A DNA stretch of 64,000 nt from Gemmatimonadales bacterium (GCA_965249575.1 OZ252244.1:2912001-2976000), one strand, 5' to 3'; counted from the first letter of the stretch, positions 10,293 through 22,667 are shown. A program made the numbers and translations. Notes: generated by a model not told the origin, from the sequence alone.

Positions 10293-10961
10293 ATGGAGCC
10301 CCCCCCACACATTCCCCTCGACACGTTCAGGGAGTATCCGGTTCCCGAGATGCGCCGCAGGGCATCGGATTTCCATGCCGAGATGCACCGCCGGAGAACG
10401 GTCCGCGACTTCTCAGACCGGGAGGTACCCAAGGGGATCATCGAAGACTGTGTCCGGGCGGCGGGTACCGCCCCGAGCGGGGCCAACATGCAACCGTGGC
10501 ATTTCGTCATCGTGGGCGACGCGGACGTCAAGCGGCGCATACGTGAGGCCGCCGAATGCGAGGAGCGGGAGTTCTACGAATCACGCGCTCCCGAAGAATG
10601 GCTCCAGGCGCTTGGTCCTCTCGGAACGGACGAGCACAAGCCCTTTCTCGAGGTCGCTCCCTGGCTCATCGCCATCTTCGCCCGGCGCTATGGGATCGCC
10701 CCCGGTGGGCGAAAGACCCAGCACTACTACGTGTCCGAGTCGGTCGGGATTGCGACGGGGCTACTGATCGCGGCGGTGCACAGCGCTGGGCTGGTGTCAC
10801 TCACGCATACGCCCAGCCCCATGCGGTTCCTCAATCCTATTCTGGGACGGCCCGACAACGAGCGGCCTTTTTTGCTGTTGGTGGTCGGATATCCAGCGGA
10901 CGACGCCACCGTCCCCGACATCGAGCGGAAGCCGTTCCGGGAGATTGCCGATTTCGTTTGA
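10293..10961 (+). CDS. Nitroreductase superfamily, iodotyrosine deiodinase (IYD)-like
   Basis: [25 protein letters not shown] lid, LGT...[17 protein letters not shown] and LTHTPSP match the IYD subgroup. Confidence 0.85.
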   Translation: MEPPPHIPLDTFREYPVPEMRRRASDFHAEMHRRRTVRDFSDREVPKGIIEDCVRAAGTAPSGANMQPWHFVIVGDADVKRRIREAAECEEREFYESRAPEEWLQALGPLGTDEHKPFLEVAPWLIAIFARRYGIAPGGRKTQHYYVSESVGIATGLLIAAVHSAGLVSLTHTPSPMRFLNPILGRPDNERPFLLLVVGYPADDATVPDIERKPFREIADFV

Positions 10962-10973
10962 GCGTTCGGCGAC

Positions 10974-13175
10974 TTATTCCAGACGAGGGATGACAACGGC
11001 AGTCGTGCAGCCCGCGTGCTCCACGATGGTCGCGGTTCCCTCCCCAAAGAACAGCGGTTGGTTCAAGATCTTCTTCTCGGCGCCGAGCACGAGCAGGTCG
11101 TAGTATCCGGAATCGGTTTCCTGAATGATCGTGCCTGCCGGGTCGCCGCTCGCAAGGATCCGGATGTCCCACGGGACTTCGTCGGCCGAAGCCAGCGAGT
11201 TGAAATCTTCGCGAAATCCCTCTTGCAGCTCCGCCACGCGCGTGGCGGCCACGCCGTGCGCCTCGCGGCGTTCGGGCGCCCACAGCGCCCCGCCCGACAT
11301 CTGCGTTTCGCTGATGACGTGCAAGAGAGTCACCCGCGCCTGTGCCGCTGCGGCGTAGGCGAAGGCGAACTCGACTGCGTATCGGGCGAAGACGCTGCCG
11401 TCCACCGGCACGATGACTCGCCGGTACTTGTCGGGTGGCGTGATGGTCTCGGTGCGGACGATCACCATGGGCAGGCTCGCCTCACGCAGGACGGTTCCGA
11501 TCATCGTCCGTCCGAGCAGTTGGTGCGCTGCGGCCCCGATCATCAGGAGATCGTAGTCTCTCGCTGCTTCTTCGAGCACGGCGGTCGCCGGATTGACTGC
11601 GCGGACTCTCCGCGTCGAGAACAGCTTGGAGTCGTCGCCCAGCCTCGCGGCGGCGGCCTCGAGGTGGCGTTCGAGTCCCCTGCCGGCGAGCGACTTCCGG
11701 CGGGGGAGGAGGCGCTTCCATAAGAGTTGCCGCCGCCGGAGGCGCAGCTTGACATAGAGCGCCGTGAGTGTGCCTTTGCGAGATCGGATCAGCGGTGCGG
11801 CAAGGGCGAACGCCGCGAGTGCGTTGCTGCCCCCTGCCGTCGGTACCAGAATGCGCAGCGGCCCAGCGGGCAGCATGAGTTGGCGCGTGTCCGCTTCGAG
11901 CCGGCGGCGCTCCTCGTCGGTGAGGGGAAGCTTCGGTGCCACGACTCGCAGCATTGAAGGAGCCAGGAACGATGTGATCACCGCGATGAGCACGATGGTC
12001 GAATACATCTCTGCAGTGAGCAGGCCCAGCGAGCTACCGATCAGCGCCACGATTAATCCCATGGCGCCGCGTGCGTTCATCGCAAAGCCCAGCGCGAGCG
12101 CTTCCCAGTGCGACATGTTGCCGAGGCGGGCGCCGGCATAGCAGCCCGCGAGTTTGGCGGCGACTGCGACGCTGAGGACAACGGCCGGTACCACCCACCC
12201 AGTCAGTGCCCACAGGTCGGCGGTGAGCCCAACGTAGGCGAAGAAGATCGGGGAGAGGACGGACAGGACGAATTGTTCCAGCGTGTGCAGTGACGACTGC
12301 TTGACCCGCGGGATCTGGCGCAGCATCAGTCCGGCGACGAACGCGCCGAAAACCGCGTGCACTCCCACGAACTCAGCAGCGGCGGCACTGAAGAATGTCA
12401 CGCCCATGATGAGCGTGAGATCGGCTCCGGCGAGCTCGACACGCTCATTGACGTAACGGACGAGCCGGGCGAGCACCGGGTAGGCGAGCCAGCGCATGAC
12501 GACCAAGAACAATCCGAGCCCAAGAATCGTCAGCGCGAGCCGCCCACCCGAGAATCCGCCGCCGGTCGCCGCGCCGGCGATGATGGAGAGGATCATCCAG
12601 CCCACGGTGTCATCGAGTACGCCCGCCGACAGCGTCACGACTCCCAGATTTCGCTTGATGAGGTTGAGATCGATCAGGATCTTGGCGATGACGGGTAACG
12701 CGGTGATTGCCATGCCGGTCGCGAGCAGCGCGGAAAACAGGATTCGGTCGGTCGGATCGACCAGGAACCGGTCCGGCAGGAACCAGCCAACGACAAACGC
12801 AGTGGAAAACGTGAGTCCCATTCCGCAGGCGGAGGCGAACAAGGCGGCGCGGCCAAGCGACATCATCACTCGGATGTCCGTCTCGAGCCCCGTGAGGAGG
12901 AGGAGGAGCACGAGCCCGAGCCACGAGATGACCTCCAGCAGGTGAAACTGGGCGACTTCTTGAGGGAAGACCTGTAGGAAGATCTCGGGTGCGAAATGTC
13001 CGAGAACGGTGGGTCCAAGCAGAAGGCCGGCTAAGAGCTCCCCCAACACAGCGGGCTGGCCGAGCCGTCGCATGCCCTCTGCCAATAGGCGCGCCAAGGC
13101 CAAAAGCCCCGCAAGCTGCAGGAACAGCACCCGGATCGCGTGACCCGAGATCGGTTGAAGGAGTGCCTCATCCAT
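10974..13175 (-). CDS. CPA2 cation:proton antiporter with C-terminal universal stress protein domains
   Basis: Many TM helices, GLETD, TALPVIAKIL, LDD, FGAFVAG and NARG motifs, then USP-like RILVPTAGG and RVIVPVDGS...GDP...YDLLVLGA. Confidence 0.9.
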   Translation of the reverse strand: MDEALLQPISGHAIRVLFLQLAGLLALARLLAEGMRRLGQPAVLGELLAGLLLGPTVLGHFAPEIFLQVFPQEVAQFHLLEVISWLGLVLLLLLTGLETDIRVMMSLGRAALFASACGMGLTFSTAFVVGWFLPDRFLVDPTDRILFSALLATGMAITALPVIAKILIDLNLIKRNLGVVTLSAGVLDDTVGWMILSIIAGAATGGGFSGGRLALTILGLGLFLVVMRWLAYPVLARLVRYVNERVELAGADLTLIMGVTFFSAAAAEFVGVHAVFGAFVAGLMLRQIPRVKQSSLHTLEQFVLSVLSPIFFAYVGLTADLWALTGWVVPAVVLSVAVAAKLAGCYAGARLGNMSHWEALALGFAMNARGAMGLIVALIGSSLGLLTAEMYSTIVLIAVITSFLAPSMLRVVAPKLPLTDEERRRLEADTRQLMLPAGPLRILVPTAGGSNALAAFALAAPLIRSRKGTLTALYVKLRLRRRQLLWKRLLPRRKSLAGRGLERHLEAAAARLGDDSKLFSTRRVRAVNPATAVLEEAARDYDLLMIGAAAHQLLGRTMIGTVLREASLPMVIVRTETITPPDKYRRVIVPVDGSVFARYAVEFAFAYAAAAQARVTLLHVISETQMSGGALWAPERREAHGVAATRVAELQEGFREDFNSLASADEVPWDIRILASGDPAGTIIQETDSGYYDLLVLGAEKKILNQPLFFGEGTATIVEHAGCTTAVVIPRLE

Positions 13176-13338
13176 TGTCAATCCGGCATTAAGCTTAATC
13201 AGGTAACTATGATCGGCAATTCGGGCGGGGGGGGACGCGCGGCACGCAGGTCCGGCCGTCTTCTCGGGTCCCCCGCCTTGAGAAATGCCCTGCCGGTTCG
13301 TTTAGTTGAGACGTGACAGCCCTGGCCGGAGGACTTGT

Positions 13339-14772
13339 TTGCTGCTTGAGCGCTTCTATGACGAGGGATTGGCACAGGCCAGCTATCTGGTAGGTTGCAC
13401 CGCCGCGGGAGAGGCGTTGGTCGTCGATCCGAACCGGGACGTCGAGCAGTATGTACGAGCGGCTTGGATTCGTGGGCTCTCCGTGTCGCATGTCGCGGAG
13501 ACGCATATCCACGCGGATTTTGTCTCGGGCAGTCGTGAGCTCGCGGAACGGACGAACGCCCTGCTCTACCTGTCCGGTGAAGGTGGTGACGAATGGGAGT
13601 ACGCCTTCTCCGCGGGGGCGGGCACGGTTCGCCTACGGCATGGAGACACGTTGACGGTGGGCCAGATACGGCTCGAGGTCGCGCACACGCCCGGACATAC
13701 GCCGGAGCATCTGTGTTTCTTGGTGACCGACACCGCGGCGGCCAGCAAGCCGATGGGTCTGTTCACTGGCGATTGCGTGTTTGTGGGCGACGTCGGACGG
13801 CCCGACCTGCTCGAGCGCGCCGCAAAGATTACGGGAACGATGCGGCATTCCGCGCGCCAACTCTATGCTTCGCTCCAGTGGTTCGCCGAGCAACCGGACT
13901 ACCTTCAGGTGTGGCCCGGACACGGGGCGGGATCGGCGTGCGGGCGCTCACTGGGTGCCGTCCCGCAATCGACAGTCGGTTACGAGAGGCTGTTCAACTG
14001 GGCACTGCAAGAGATGAGCGAGCAGCAGTTTGTCGACGCGGTGCTCGCCGGACAACCCGAGCCGCCCAAATACTTCCCTCATATGAAGCGAATCAACCGG
14101 GAGGGCCCAATGATGCTCGACGGATTCGGGCGGCCGGCTCAGCTCCCTACATCTGATCTCGATCGGTTGATCGCAGACGGCGCGACGGTCGTCGATTGCC
14201 GCGCCGCAGGCGATTATGCGCTCGGGCATGTTCCCGGTACCATCAACATTCCGGTTGATCGGTCATTTGCGACTTGGGCGGGGTGGCTCGTGCCCTACAC
14301 CGAGGACTTCTATCTCATCATCGAAGAGCGGGAGGACGTCCTCGACCGGGCGCTGAGGGAGCTGGCCTTGATTGGATTGGATCGAGCGGGCGGGTATTTC
14401 CGGGTCGATACCATCGACGGCTGGACGGCCACCGGCCGGCCCCTCGAAGCAATCCCTCAGGTGACCGCGGCCCACGTTGCGGCGTCGCTTGCGAGCGGCG
14501 ATGTGAGCGTGGTCGACGTACGCGGAAAAGCGGAATGGGAGGCCGAGCACCTTCCAGGGGTCCGTAACATCCCTCTCGGATACCTAGAGGACCATATCGC
14601 AGAGTTGCAGGGCCTTCCTGAGGTCGTGGTACAGTGCGAAAGCGGTGCGCGATCGTCCGTCGCCGCCGGTGTGCTCCGCGCGAAGGGAATCTCGGGTGTG
14701 GCGAATCTCGTCGGGGGATTGGCCGAATGGCGCTCGCTGGGCTACCCGGTCGAGCGGGAGACGGGAGGCTGA
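13339..14772 (+). CDS. MBL-fold persulfide dioxygenase-like hydrolase fused to two rhodanese domains (CstB/Blh-like)
   Basis: ETHIHADF, HTPGHTPEH, GDVGRPDL and PGHGAGSACG; rhodanese motifs GHVPG and QCESGARS. GGAGG RBS before TTG 13339. Confidence 0.92.
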   Translation: MLLERFYDEGLAQASYLVGCTAAGEALVVDPNRDVEQYVRAAWIRGLSVSHVAETHIHADFVSGSRELAERTNALLYLSGEGGDEWEYAFSAGAGTVRLRHGDTLTVGQIRLEVAHTPGHTPEHLCFLVTDTAAASKPMGLFTGDCVFVGDVGRPDLLERAAKITGTMRHSARQLYASLQWFAEQPDYLQVWPGHGAGSACGRSLGAVPQSTVGYERLFNWALQEMSEQQFVDAVLAGQPEPPKYFPHMKRINREGPMMLDGFGRPAQLPTSDLDRLIADGATVVDCRAAGDYALGHVPGTINIPVDRSFATWAGWLVPYTEDFYLIIEEREDVLDRALRELALIGLDRAGGYFRVDTIDGWTATGRPLEAIPQVTAAHVAASLASGDVSVVDVRGKAEWEAEHLPGVRNIPLGYLEDHIAELQGLPEVVVQCESGARSSVAAGVLRAKGISGVANLVGGLAEWRSLGYPVERETGG

Positions 14773-14897
14773 CCACTCAGCAAAGCCCAGCCTGGCATCT
14801 CGCGTCGTCGATCCTCGCCCCGTCTCTCCATGTATATTGATTCAGAGGCGGCCGGCGGTCGCCACCACTCCAAAGCGACGCACACCATGCCCTCGAC

Positions 14898-17171
14898 ATG
14901 CCGAAGGAACTGACGTCAGTCGGTGGGAATCCGCGCATGCGCGGCTCGTCTCGTGGGACGCGCGATTCTCCGCTCGTAGTTGTCAGTAACCGATTGCCGT
15001 TCACAACGGTGTATCGATCCGACGGTGTTCACTTCAATCGATCGACTGGGGGTCTGGTATCTGCGCTCGAGCCTCTGCTGTCCCAGCGAGGTGGTGTCTG
15101 GATCGGATGGTCGGGAGTTCCAGACGAGCGGCTGGGGTCAGCGGGCGAATCGACGACGCCCAGCTCGGGGCGAATCACGTATCGGCACGTCCCACTGTCC
15201 AGCCGGGACGTCGCGCAGTACTACGGGGGGTTCTCGAACCGGACGCTCTGGCCGCTGCTCCACTACTTCATCGGACGCACCCAGATCGACAACGCTTCAT
15301 GGAGGGCATACGAGCGAGTCAACGAGCAGTTCGCGAACGTAGCGGTCGACGCGGCCGACCGGGACGCGCTCATCTGGGTCCACGACTACCAGCTCCTGCG
15401 CGTCCCGCATTACATCCGCAGTCTCGATCCCCGGCGGCGGATCGGCTTCTTTCTGCATGTGCCGTTTCCCGCCTACGACGTGTTTCGAATCCTCCCGTGG
15501 TCCCGCGCGCTGCTCCGTGGCATCCTGGCATCCGACCTGGTGGGATTTCACGTCGGTGAGTACGTGGATCACTTCCTCACCTGTGCCGAGCGTTCGCTGG
15601 GTTGCGTCGTGGATCGAAGCACTGGGATCGTAGAGTTTGAGGGGCGCGAGGTGTCTGTTCAGGCCCATCCGATTGGGATCGATGTCGCCCACATCGAAGA
15701 GCTCGCGCGAACGAGCGAACCGCCTGTTGATGCCGCGAGCCCGGGTCGCGTAGCCGAGATTCTGGGAGTCGATCGCCTCGATTACACGAAGGGCATCAAC
15801 CAGCGCCTCCTCGCGGTCGAGCGGCTGTTCGAGCGTCACCCGGCCTTTCGCAAGCGCGCGGTGTTTACACAGCTGGCCGTGCCTAGCCGAGAGAAAGTTG
15901 CGGAATACCGCGAGCTCAAGCGGGAAGTCGATGAGACGGTTGGTCGCATCAACGGTCGTTTTTCCGATCGTGGCTGGACCCCTATCCGCTACCTGACACG
16001 CTCCGTCCCAATCAAGGAGCTGGTTGGGCTCTATCGGCACGCCGATGTGGCCCTGCTGACGCCGCTGCGCGACGGGATGAATCTCGTCGCGAAGGAATAC
16101 GTGGCGTCGTGCGTCGACGATCGAGGTGTATTGGTCCTCTCGGAAATGACAGGAGCGGCCGTCGAGCTTCAGGAGGCCCTACAGGTCAATCCCCTGGACG
16201 TCGAGGCCGTGGCGGAGTCGCTCTATAGGGCGCTTTCGATGCCCGATGACGAGCGGCGCGCTCGGATGTCGGCTCTCAGACATCGGGTGCGCTCCAATGA
16301 CGTCCGGGTGTGGGCCACACGCTTTTTGAAGGCGGCAGAGGAGGCGGCGACTCGCTCCAGGTCGGAAGCCCCGTCAGTGGTCGACGAGCTTCGCCGCCGC
16401 TTGCAACCCTGGCTTGCCCAGGAGCCAATGGTCACGCTGTTTCTCGATTTCGACATACTGCACGCACCGTCCAGCGGGAAAGGCCGGCCCGCCCGTCTGG
16501 GGAAAGACGTTCAGGAGGTGCTGATCCACGCGTCGGAGATGTACCATCTGCACACGGTGATCGTGTCAGCGCGTCCCCTGGACGATCTCGAGGCGCTGGT
16601 CGCGGTTCCCGGACTGACCTACGTGGCCAGTGACGGGTTGGAGATCGACGGGCCGGGGGTCGAGTACCGCCACGAAGCATTGGATACCTTCAGGCCGGGG
16701 CTCAAACGCGCCGAGGAAGCCGTCACGGCCCTGGCGGTCGAGGGCGCCAAGATCGAGCGCCAAAGCGCACGCGTGACCTGCGATCTGCGGGACGTGCCCG
16801 AGCCAAAGCGCTCTGACGCCATGCGTCGGATGGAGCTCTTGCTCCGGAGACGTCAGCTCGTCGTCGCTCGCGAGAACGGGATTATCAGGGCCCGCGCCCC
16901 CGCGGAATGGCACAAGGGACACGCCGTCCTGCACGTATTGGTGCGCCGACACGGGGCCGACTGGCCGTCACGGGCCCGCGCCCTCTACATCGGGGATGAT
17001 GGAGCGGACGAAAATGCTTTCCGGTCATTGCGCGGGATCGGGCGATCGGTCGCCGTTGGTCCCAGCAGGTCGCCGACCACTAGCGCGGATTTTTTTCTGC
17101 CCAATCCCCACGAAGTGGTCGAGTTGCTCCGGTGGCTAGCGTCTGGTGCGTTCGCCGATCCGGCGGCGTGA
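14898..17171 (+). CDS. otsA: Bifunctional trehalose-6-phosphate synthase/phosphatase (OtsA-OtsB fusion)
   Basis: [38 protein letters not shown] and [10 protein letters not shown], followed by a HAD-like domain (FLDFD, KGHAV, IGDD). Confidence 0.93.
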   Translation: MPKELTSVGGNPRMRGSSRGTRDSPLVVVSNRLPFTTVYRSDGVHFNRSTGGLVSALEPLLSQRGGVWIGWSGVPDERLGSAGESTTPSSGRITYRHVPLSSRDVAQYYGGFSNRTLWPLLHYFIGRTQIDNASWRAYERVNEQFANVAVDAADRDALIWVHDYQLLRVPHYIRSLDPRRRIGFFLHVPFPAYDVFRILPWSRALLRGILASDLVGFHVGEYVDHFLTCAERSLGCVVDRSTGIVEFEGREVSVQAHPIGIDVAHIEELARTSEPPVDAASPGRVAEILGVDRLDYTKGINQRLLAVERLFERHPAFRKRAVFTQLAVPSREKVAEYRELKREVDETVGRINGRFSDRGWTPIRYLTRSVPIKELVGLYRHADVALLTPLRDGMNLVAKEYVASCVDDRGVLVLSEMTGAAVELQEALQVNPLDVEAVAESLYRALSMPDDERRARMSALRHRVRSNDVRVWATRFLKAAEEAATRSRSEAPSVVDELRRRLQPWLAQEPMVTLFLDFDILHAPSSGKGRPARLGKDVQEVLIHASEMYHLHTVIVSARPLDDLEALVAVPGLTYVASDGLEIDGPGVEYRHEALDTFRPGLKRAEEAVTALAVEGAKIERQSARVTCDLRDVPEPKRSDAMRRMELLLRRRQLVVARENGIIRARAPAEWHKGHAVLHVLVRRHGADWPSRARALYIGDDGADENAFRSLRGIGRSVAVGPSRSPTTSADFFLPNPHEVVELLRWLASGAFADPAA

Positions 17172-17189
17172 ATCGGAAGTGACCACCAG

Positions 17190-19423
17190 ATGACCCGTAG
17201 GGTTGGGCGAACGCTGCGCCTGAGCGTCCCAGCGTTTACCGTCGGCGTGCTCGCGGTTGTGGCAGCGCTTGGGTGGAAGATCGGTCCGCCGGGGGCGTCC
17301 GGTCCGAAGGGCGGCGTGCACGCCCCGTTGCCGTGTGGCGGAGATGATCCAGCCCGGGTCGCGCCGGCGGCGGACTTGTATTGTTTCGACCTCATCCCCC
17401 GGCCGGATGTTCGAGAGGCCACTGGCTCCGTCGAGCTCGGTCGCGTTCGGTCCCCGTTTGATATCTCCGTATCCCGCGACGGACATCAGCTATACGAGAT
17501 CGCCGTCTCACTCGACGGTCTCCCGGATCCACGCTCGCTCGGCGCATACACGGCATACGTCGCCTGGGTCACGACTCCGCATCTCGATCCCGTGGTGAAG
17601 CTCGGCGAAGTCGGGAACGGGCGGGCGCGGCTTGGCCGCGTGGCGTTCAACAAATTTCTCGTCCTCATCAGCGCTGAGGCGACCTCGAGCGTGGAAACGC
17701 GATCGGGGCGGCTGATGCTCCGGGGGAACTCGCCCAGTGTTCGCTTGCAGCGGCACGACATGCTATTGCTTGGCCCGGGCAGACGGTCACCGGCGGGATC
17801 GGGTAGTAAAACGGATGGAGCGCAGGCACCCGGCGGACCCACTAACGTTGGGTGGACCGCACCGCCGATGAACCCCGCCGTTCCGAGAATGATGCCGGGG
17901 CTCGATGGGTTGGTGCCGAGCGCGAATCCGTTTCTACCGGGGCAGGGGACTGATCCGGGCAGCCTCCCGGCAGCGCGGCCGAGCGAGATCGTGGAGCTTC
18001 AGGACGGTGACACGCTGGCGCTCGAGGCGGTGCTGGTACGCCGGATCATCGAGGGCCGCGAGTTCCGCATGTACGGGTTCAACGGGCAGTATCCGGACCC
18101 CTGATCAAGGTCCGCGAGAACGCCACCGTTGTCGTACGTTTCACCAATCACATCGACATGCCAACGACGGTGCATTGGCACGGCCTGCGTCTCGAAAACC
18201 GGTTTGACGGCGTCCCAGTGGTCACCCAGAAACTCGTCCGGCCCGAAGAGACCTTCTTCTACCGGTTGACCTTCCCTGACCCCGGCGTCTACTGGTATCA
18301 CCCCCATCACCGAGAGGATATTCAGCAGGACCTTGGTCTGTACGGCAACATGCTGGTCGAATCGCCGCGCGCGTCGTATTTCGGCCTGGCGAACCGAGAG
18401 GAAGTGCTCGTTCTCGACGACCTGCTCATCGGAACCAGTGGGCTGATGCCTTACGGTCGGGAGAACGCTACCCACGCGCTGATGGGACGATTCGGAAACG
18501 TCCATCTCGTCAACGGGGAGCCTGACTACGCGGCGCGGGTCCGACTCGGAGAAGTCGTACGCTTCTTCGTGACGAACGTGTCGAACACACGCACATACAA
18601 CGTCGCCTTTGGAACGGCGCGGATGAAGCTTGTGGGGGCCGACCTCGGCAAATTCGAGAACGAGGAGTGGGTCGATCACATGTCGATCGCGCCGGCCCAG
18701 CGATACATCGTGGAGGTCGGGTTCGGGGAGCCCGGACAGATCGCGCTTACGAACCGCGTGCAGGCGATCGACTACACCGTCGGAGCGTTCCTCGCGGAAG
18801 TCGATACGTTGGGCGTATTTGAGGTGGCGTCCGAACGGGCTCAGCCCGATTACACGGCGGCGTTCGCGAACCTCAGGTCCAACACCGATGTCGCAGCAGA
18901 TATCGAGCGGTACCGTCGGTATTTCGATCGTCCTCCGGACCACGAGCTGACGCTCACCCTCGAAATAACCGATCTCCCCTTTCCGCTTGTCCGCCTGCTC
19001 AACATGGATCGGGCGTACTTCCATCCCATCGAGTGGAGCGGCACGATGCCGATGATGGACTGGCTCCCGACCAGTCACGAAGTAGCCTGGATCCTTCGGG
19101 ACGTGGCTACGGGCGAAGTGAACATGGATATCGCTTGGCGGTTCCGCGTCGGTGATGTGGTGAAGATTCGTCTGTCCAACGACCGGAATACCGTCCACGC
19201 CATGTCGCACCCCATCCATCTGCACGGCCAGCGATTCTTGGTGCTCAGTCACGACGGCGTGGCGAACGAGAATTTGGTATGGAAGGACACAATGCTGCTG
19301 CCGGTTGGATCGACCGCCGACATCCTGCTCGAGGTGACGAACCCAGGGAAGTGGATGATGCACTGCCACATCGCGGAGCACCTCGAGGCCGGGATGATGG
19401 CGATGTTTGTCGTCGACCCGTAA
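17190..19423 (+). CDS. Multicopper oxidase with extra N-terminal domain; split by a 1-nt frameshift near 18095
   Basis: ORFs 17190-18104 and 18158-19423 join as NGQYPGPLIKV if one G is added. Copper motifs HWHG, WYHPH, HPIHLHG and HCHIAEHLEAGM. Confidence 0.9.
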
Positions 19424-19504
19424 GGCTCGCCCCTGCACCGGGAAACGCTGGAACGACTCCCGCGGCCCATCGCGCATTGCACACCATCGAATGAGGAATC
19501 CGTC

Positions 19505-20929
19505 ATGCGTCTGTCGACCGTGCTTCTTGTACTTCACGCCGTCCTGATCAACCCGTTGGCTGCCCAGACGGCATCCCAGCTCAGTGAGGCGGCCCGAGCG
19601 TTCGTCGCCGTCGAGAATCCGATGATCGCGCTCACCCACGTGCGGGTCGTGGACGGAACCGGCGCCCCCCCCGCCGAGGACCAGACCGTACTCATCGCCG
19701 ATGGAATGATCCGGGCCGTGGGGCAAGTGGACGACGTCACGGTTCCAAGCGGCGCCAGCGTGATGGATCTTACCGGCCAGACGGTCATCCCCGGAATGTT
19801 CGGGCTTCACAACCACACCTTCTATACGACGGCGGCCGGTCGCCGGGCTCAACTGAACGTGAGCGCCCCTCGTCTCTATCTGGCGAGTGGCATCACCAGC
19901 ATTCGGACGACTGGCGCCATATCCCCCTACAGCGAGATCAGCCTGCGGGCAGCCATCGAAGCGGGTGAGATTCCCGGACCCAGGATGCACATCACCGGTC
20001 CGTATATCTCGGGTCCGGACAACCAAGTGCACCGCGCGCACGTGTCCACCCCCGAAGGCGCACGCCGGGTCGTTGCCTACTGGGCCGAGGAGGGAGTGCC
20101 CTGGTTCAAGGTGTACTCGGGTATCAGCCGGAGAGAGCTCGAAGCCGTTATCGATGAGGCGCATCGTCGCGGCGTCAAAGTGACCGGTCACTTGTGGTCG
20201 GTGACGTTTCCGGAGGCGGTGACGCTGGGCATCGACAATCTCGAACACGGGTTTCTCACGAACTCGGAGTACGACGCCGGAAAGGTCCCGGATGCGTGCC
20301 CTCCAAGGATGCGATCCAACCTCGTGGGCGTCGATATTCAGGGCGATCGCGTCCAGAACACGATCCGGAATCTTGTCGAGCGTGGGGTCCCCCTCACCTG
20401 AACTCTGGCGGTGTACGAGCACAATGTGCCCAATCGCCCTCCGCTGGAACAACGCGTGGTGGACGCGCTTCTCCCGGACGCACGGGAGGAGTACCTGACG
20501 GCTCGTGCGCGCATCGCGGAGCTTGCAGCGACGTCTCCGATGCCCGCGCTCTTCAAGAAGGCGATGGAGTTCGAGGTGGCGTTTGTGAGGGCCGGAGGGC
20601 TGCTGGCGGCCGGCGTGGATCCGACAGGAATCGGCGGCGCGCTTCCGGGATTCGGCGACCAGCGAAATTTCGAGCTTCTGGTCGAGGCGGGGTTTACCGG
20701 AGTCGAAGTCGTTCAGATCATGAGCGCAAACGGGGCTCGGGTATTGGGCGAGATCAACCGGCTCGGAACGGTGAGCGTCGGAAAGATTGCAGACCTCGTC
20801 GTGATCAACGGAGATCCGACCCGGACCCCCTCAGATATCAAGAGCGTTACGGTGGTTTTCAAGGACGGAGTCGGCTACGACTCTGCCAAGCTCATACAAT
20901 CGGTCGAGGGGCTCGTGGGACTACGGTAG
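19505..20929 (+). CDS. Exported amidohydrolase (imidazolonepropionase-like), paralog 1; in-frame TGA at 20399-20401
   Basis: Signal peptide, PGMFGLHNH, WFKVY, EHG, AGVDP and GKIADLVVINGDP. The two ORFs are in the same frame (PLT*TLAVYE versus AMTSTLVVYE in paralog 2). Confidence 0.85.
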
Positions 20930-21022
20930 AGCTCCGTACAACGGTGGCTCGGATCCACCGTTCGTCGCCAGGGGCGCGGGGACGCCTGCGCTGGCCTCAA
21001 CGTTAAACCGAGGAGTTACAAC

Positions 21023-22443
21023 GTGCGGTCGATCGTCTCAACCCTGCTGGGCGCCAGCCTGACAGCGACGCCCGTCGTTGCACAGTCAGCGTCGTCTTTG
21101 TCACCGGCAGTTCGTGAGGTCGTTTCGGTCAGCGCCCCCGTTGTGGCGTTGACCCATGTCCAGGTTGTCGACGGGACCGGTGCACCGCCGGCACTCGACC
21201 AGACGATCGTCATCGCTAACGGGACCATTCGGGCAGTCGGCGATGCGGGGACGGTCCGCGTGCCACCGGACGCGCGGGTCCTGGATCTGGAGGGGCACAC
21301 GGTGATCCCGGGGTTGATCGGCCTGCACGACCACTCCTACTACGGAGCCGCCGGGTGGATCAGCACGTTCTCGCCGATCAGCAGTCCGCGCCTCTATCTC
21401 GCCTCAGGTGTCACGACCATTCGGACCACGGGGAGCCGGGCTCCCTACGAGGAATTGAACCTGTGGCGGGCGATCGAGCGCGGCGAGACCGTGGGTCCCA
21501 GGATGTTCGTAACAGGGCCGTACATCACCGGAGGGGATGGGAACACGGGCATGATGGTTCGGGTGAATACTCCCGAAGATGCACGGCGTGTCGTCCGGTA
21601 TTGGGCCGAGGAGGGTGTCACGTGGTTCAAGGCCTACAACCGGATCTCTCGGGCGGAGCTCGGCGCGGCGATCGACGAGGCCCATCGGCACGGGGTGCAG
21701 GTGACCGCCCACCTTTGCTCGGTGGGATTCCGGGAAGCCGTCGCCCTCGGGATCGACAACATCGAGCACGGGCTACTCACGAACTCCGAGTACAATCCAG
21801 ACAAGCAACCGGATGCCTGCCCGCGGGCCCTGGACTGGACGACCGTCGATGTACAGAGCGAGGAGGTACAAGCCACCTTCCGGGACATGGTGGCAAACGA
21901 TGTGGCGATGACGTCCACACTCGTCGTGTACGAGCTGTTCATTCCGAATCGGCCGCCCCTTGAGCAGCGAGTGCTGGATGCCATGTATCCCGATGCGCGG
22001 ACGGGATACCTCACCGCGCGGGCCAAGCTGGGGGAGCCAGGCGCATTTGGAGTCTCTGACGCCGCCTTCAAGAAGGCAATGGAATACGAGTATGCGTTCG
22101 TCAGGCCGGTGGGTTGCTAGCGTCCGGGGTTGACCCCACCGGCAACGGAGGCGCGCTTCCGGGGTACGGCGATCAGCGGCAACACGAGCTCCTGATCGAG
22201 GCCGGCTTTACCCCTGTTGAGGCCATTCAGATCATTACTGCAAACGGTGCCAAGGTACTCGACGCCTACGATCGATTCGGATCGGTGACGCCCGGAAAGC
22301 TTGCCGACCTAGTCGTGATCGATGGTGACCCGATCGGCGATCCGGCTCAGATCCGAAACGTGGCGATCGTTTTCAAGGAAGGAGTCGGATACGATTCGCC
22401 CAAGTTGATCGAATCGGTGCGTGGATTGGTGGGGCTACGGTAG
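21023..22443 (+). CDS. Exported amidohydrolase, paralog 2; 1-nt frameshift near 22105
   Basis: PGLIGLHDH, WFKAY, AHLCS and EHG. FVRAGGLLASGVDP is restored by adding one G. GAGGAG RBS upstream. Confidence 0.88.
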
Positions 22444-22475
22444 AGCCGCCCATGATCACGGCGCCCGGCGTTGCG

Positions 22476-22667
22476 CTAGAGGCCCAACAGCCTCGCTGCG
22501 TTCAGGCCGGCGATGGCCGCTCGGGCACCTTCCTCGACGTCGAGTCGGCTCAAGCTCTCCCGCATCTCGGCCAGACTCCCGATCTTGTGCGGATAGTCGC
22601 TGCCCGCCAACAGGTGGTCGGTTCCGGCAAATTCGATGGCGAGCTGGAGAGCCCGGAGATCGAAGTT
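22476..22667 (-). pseudogene. C-terminal remnant of an amidohydrolase-2 (ACMSD-like) protein
   Basis: NFDLRALQLAIEFAGTDHLLAGSDYPH...IAGLNAARLLGL* with no upstream catalytic body. Confidence 0.75.

Noticed and set aside
17999..20452. 817-aa minus-strand ORF and many other long antisense/overlapping ORFs
   Set aside because: Shadow frames of well-supported genes in GC-rich DNA, with no recognisable motifs.
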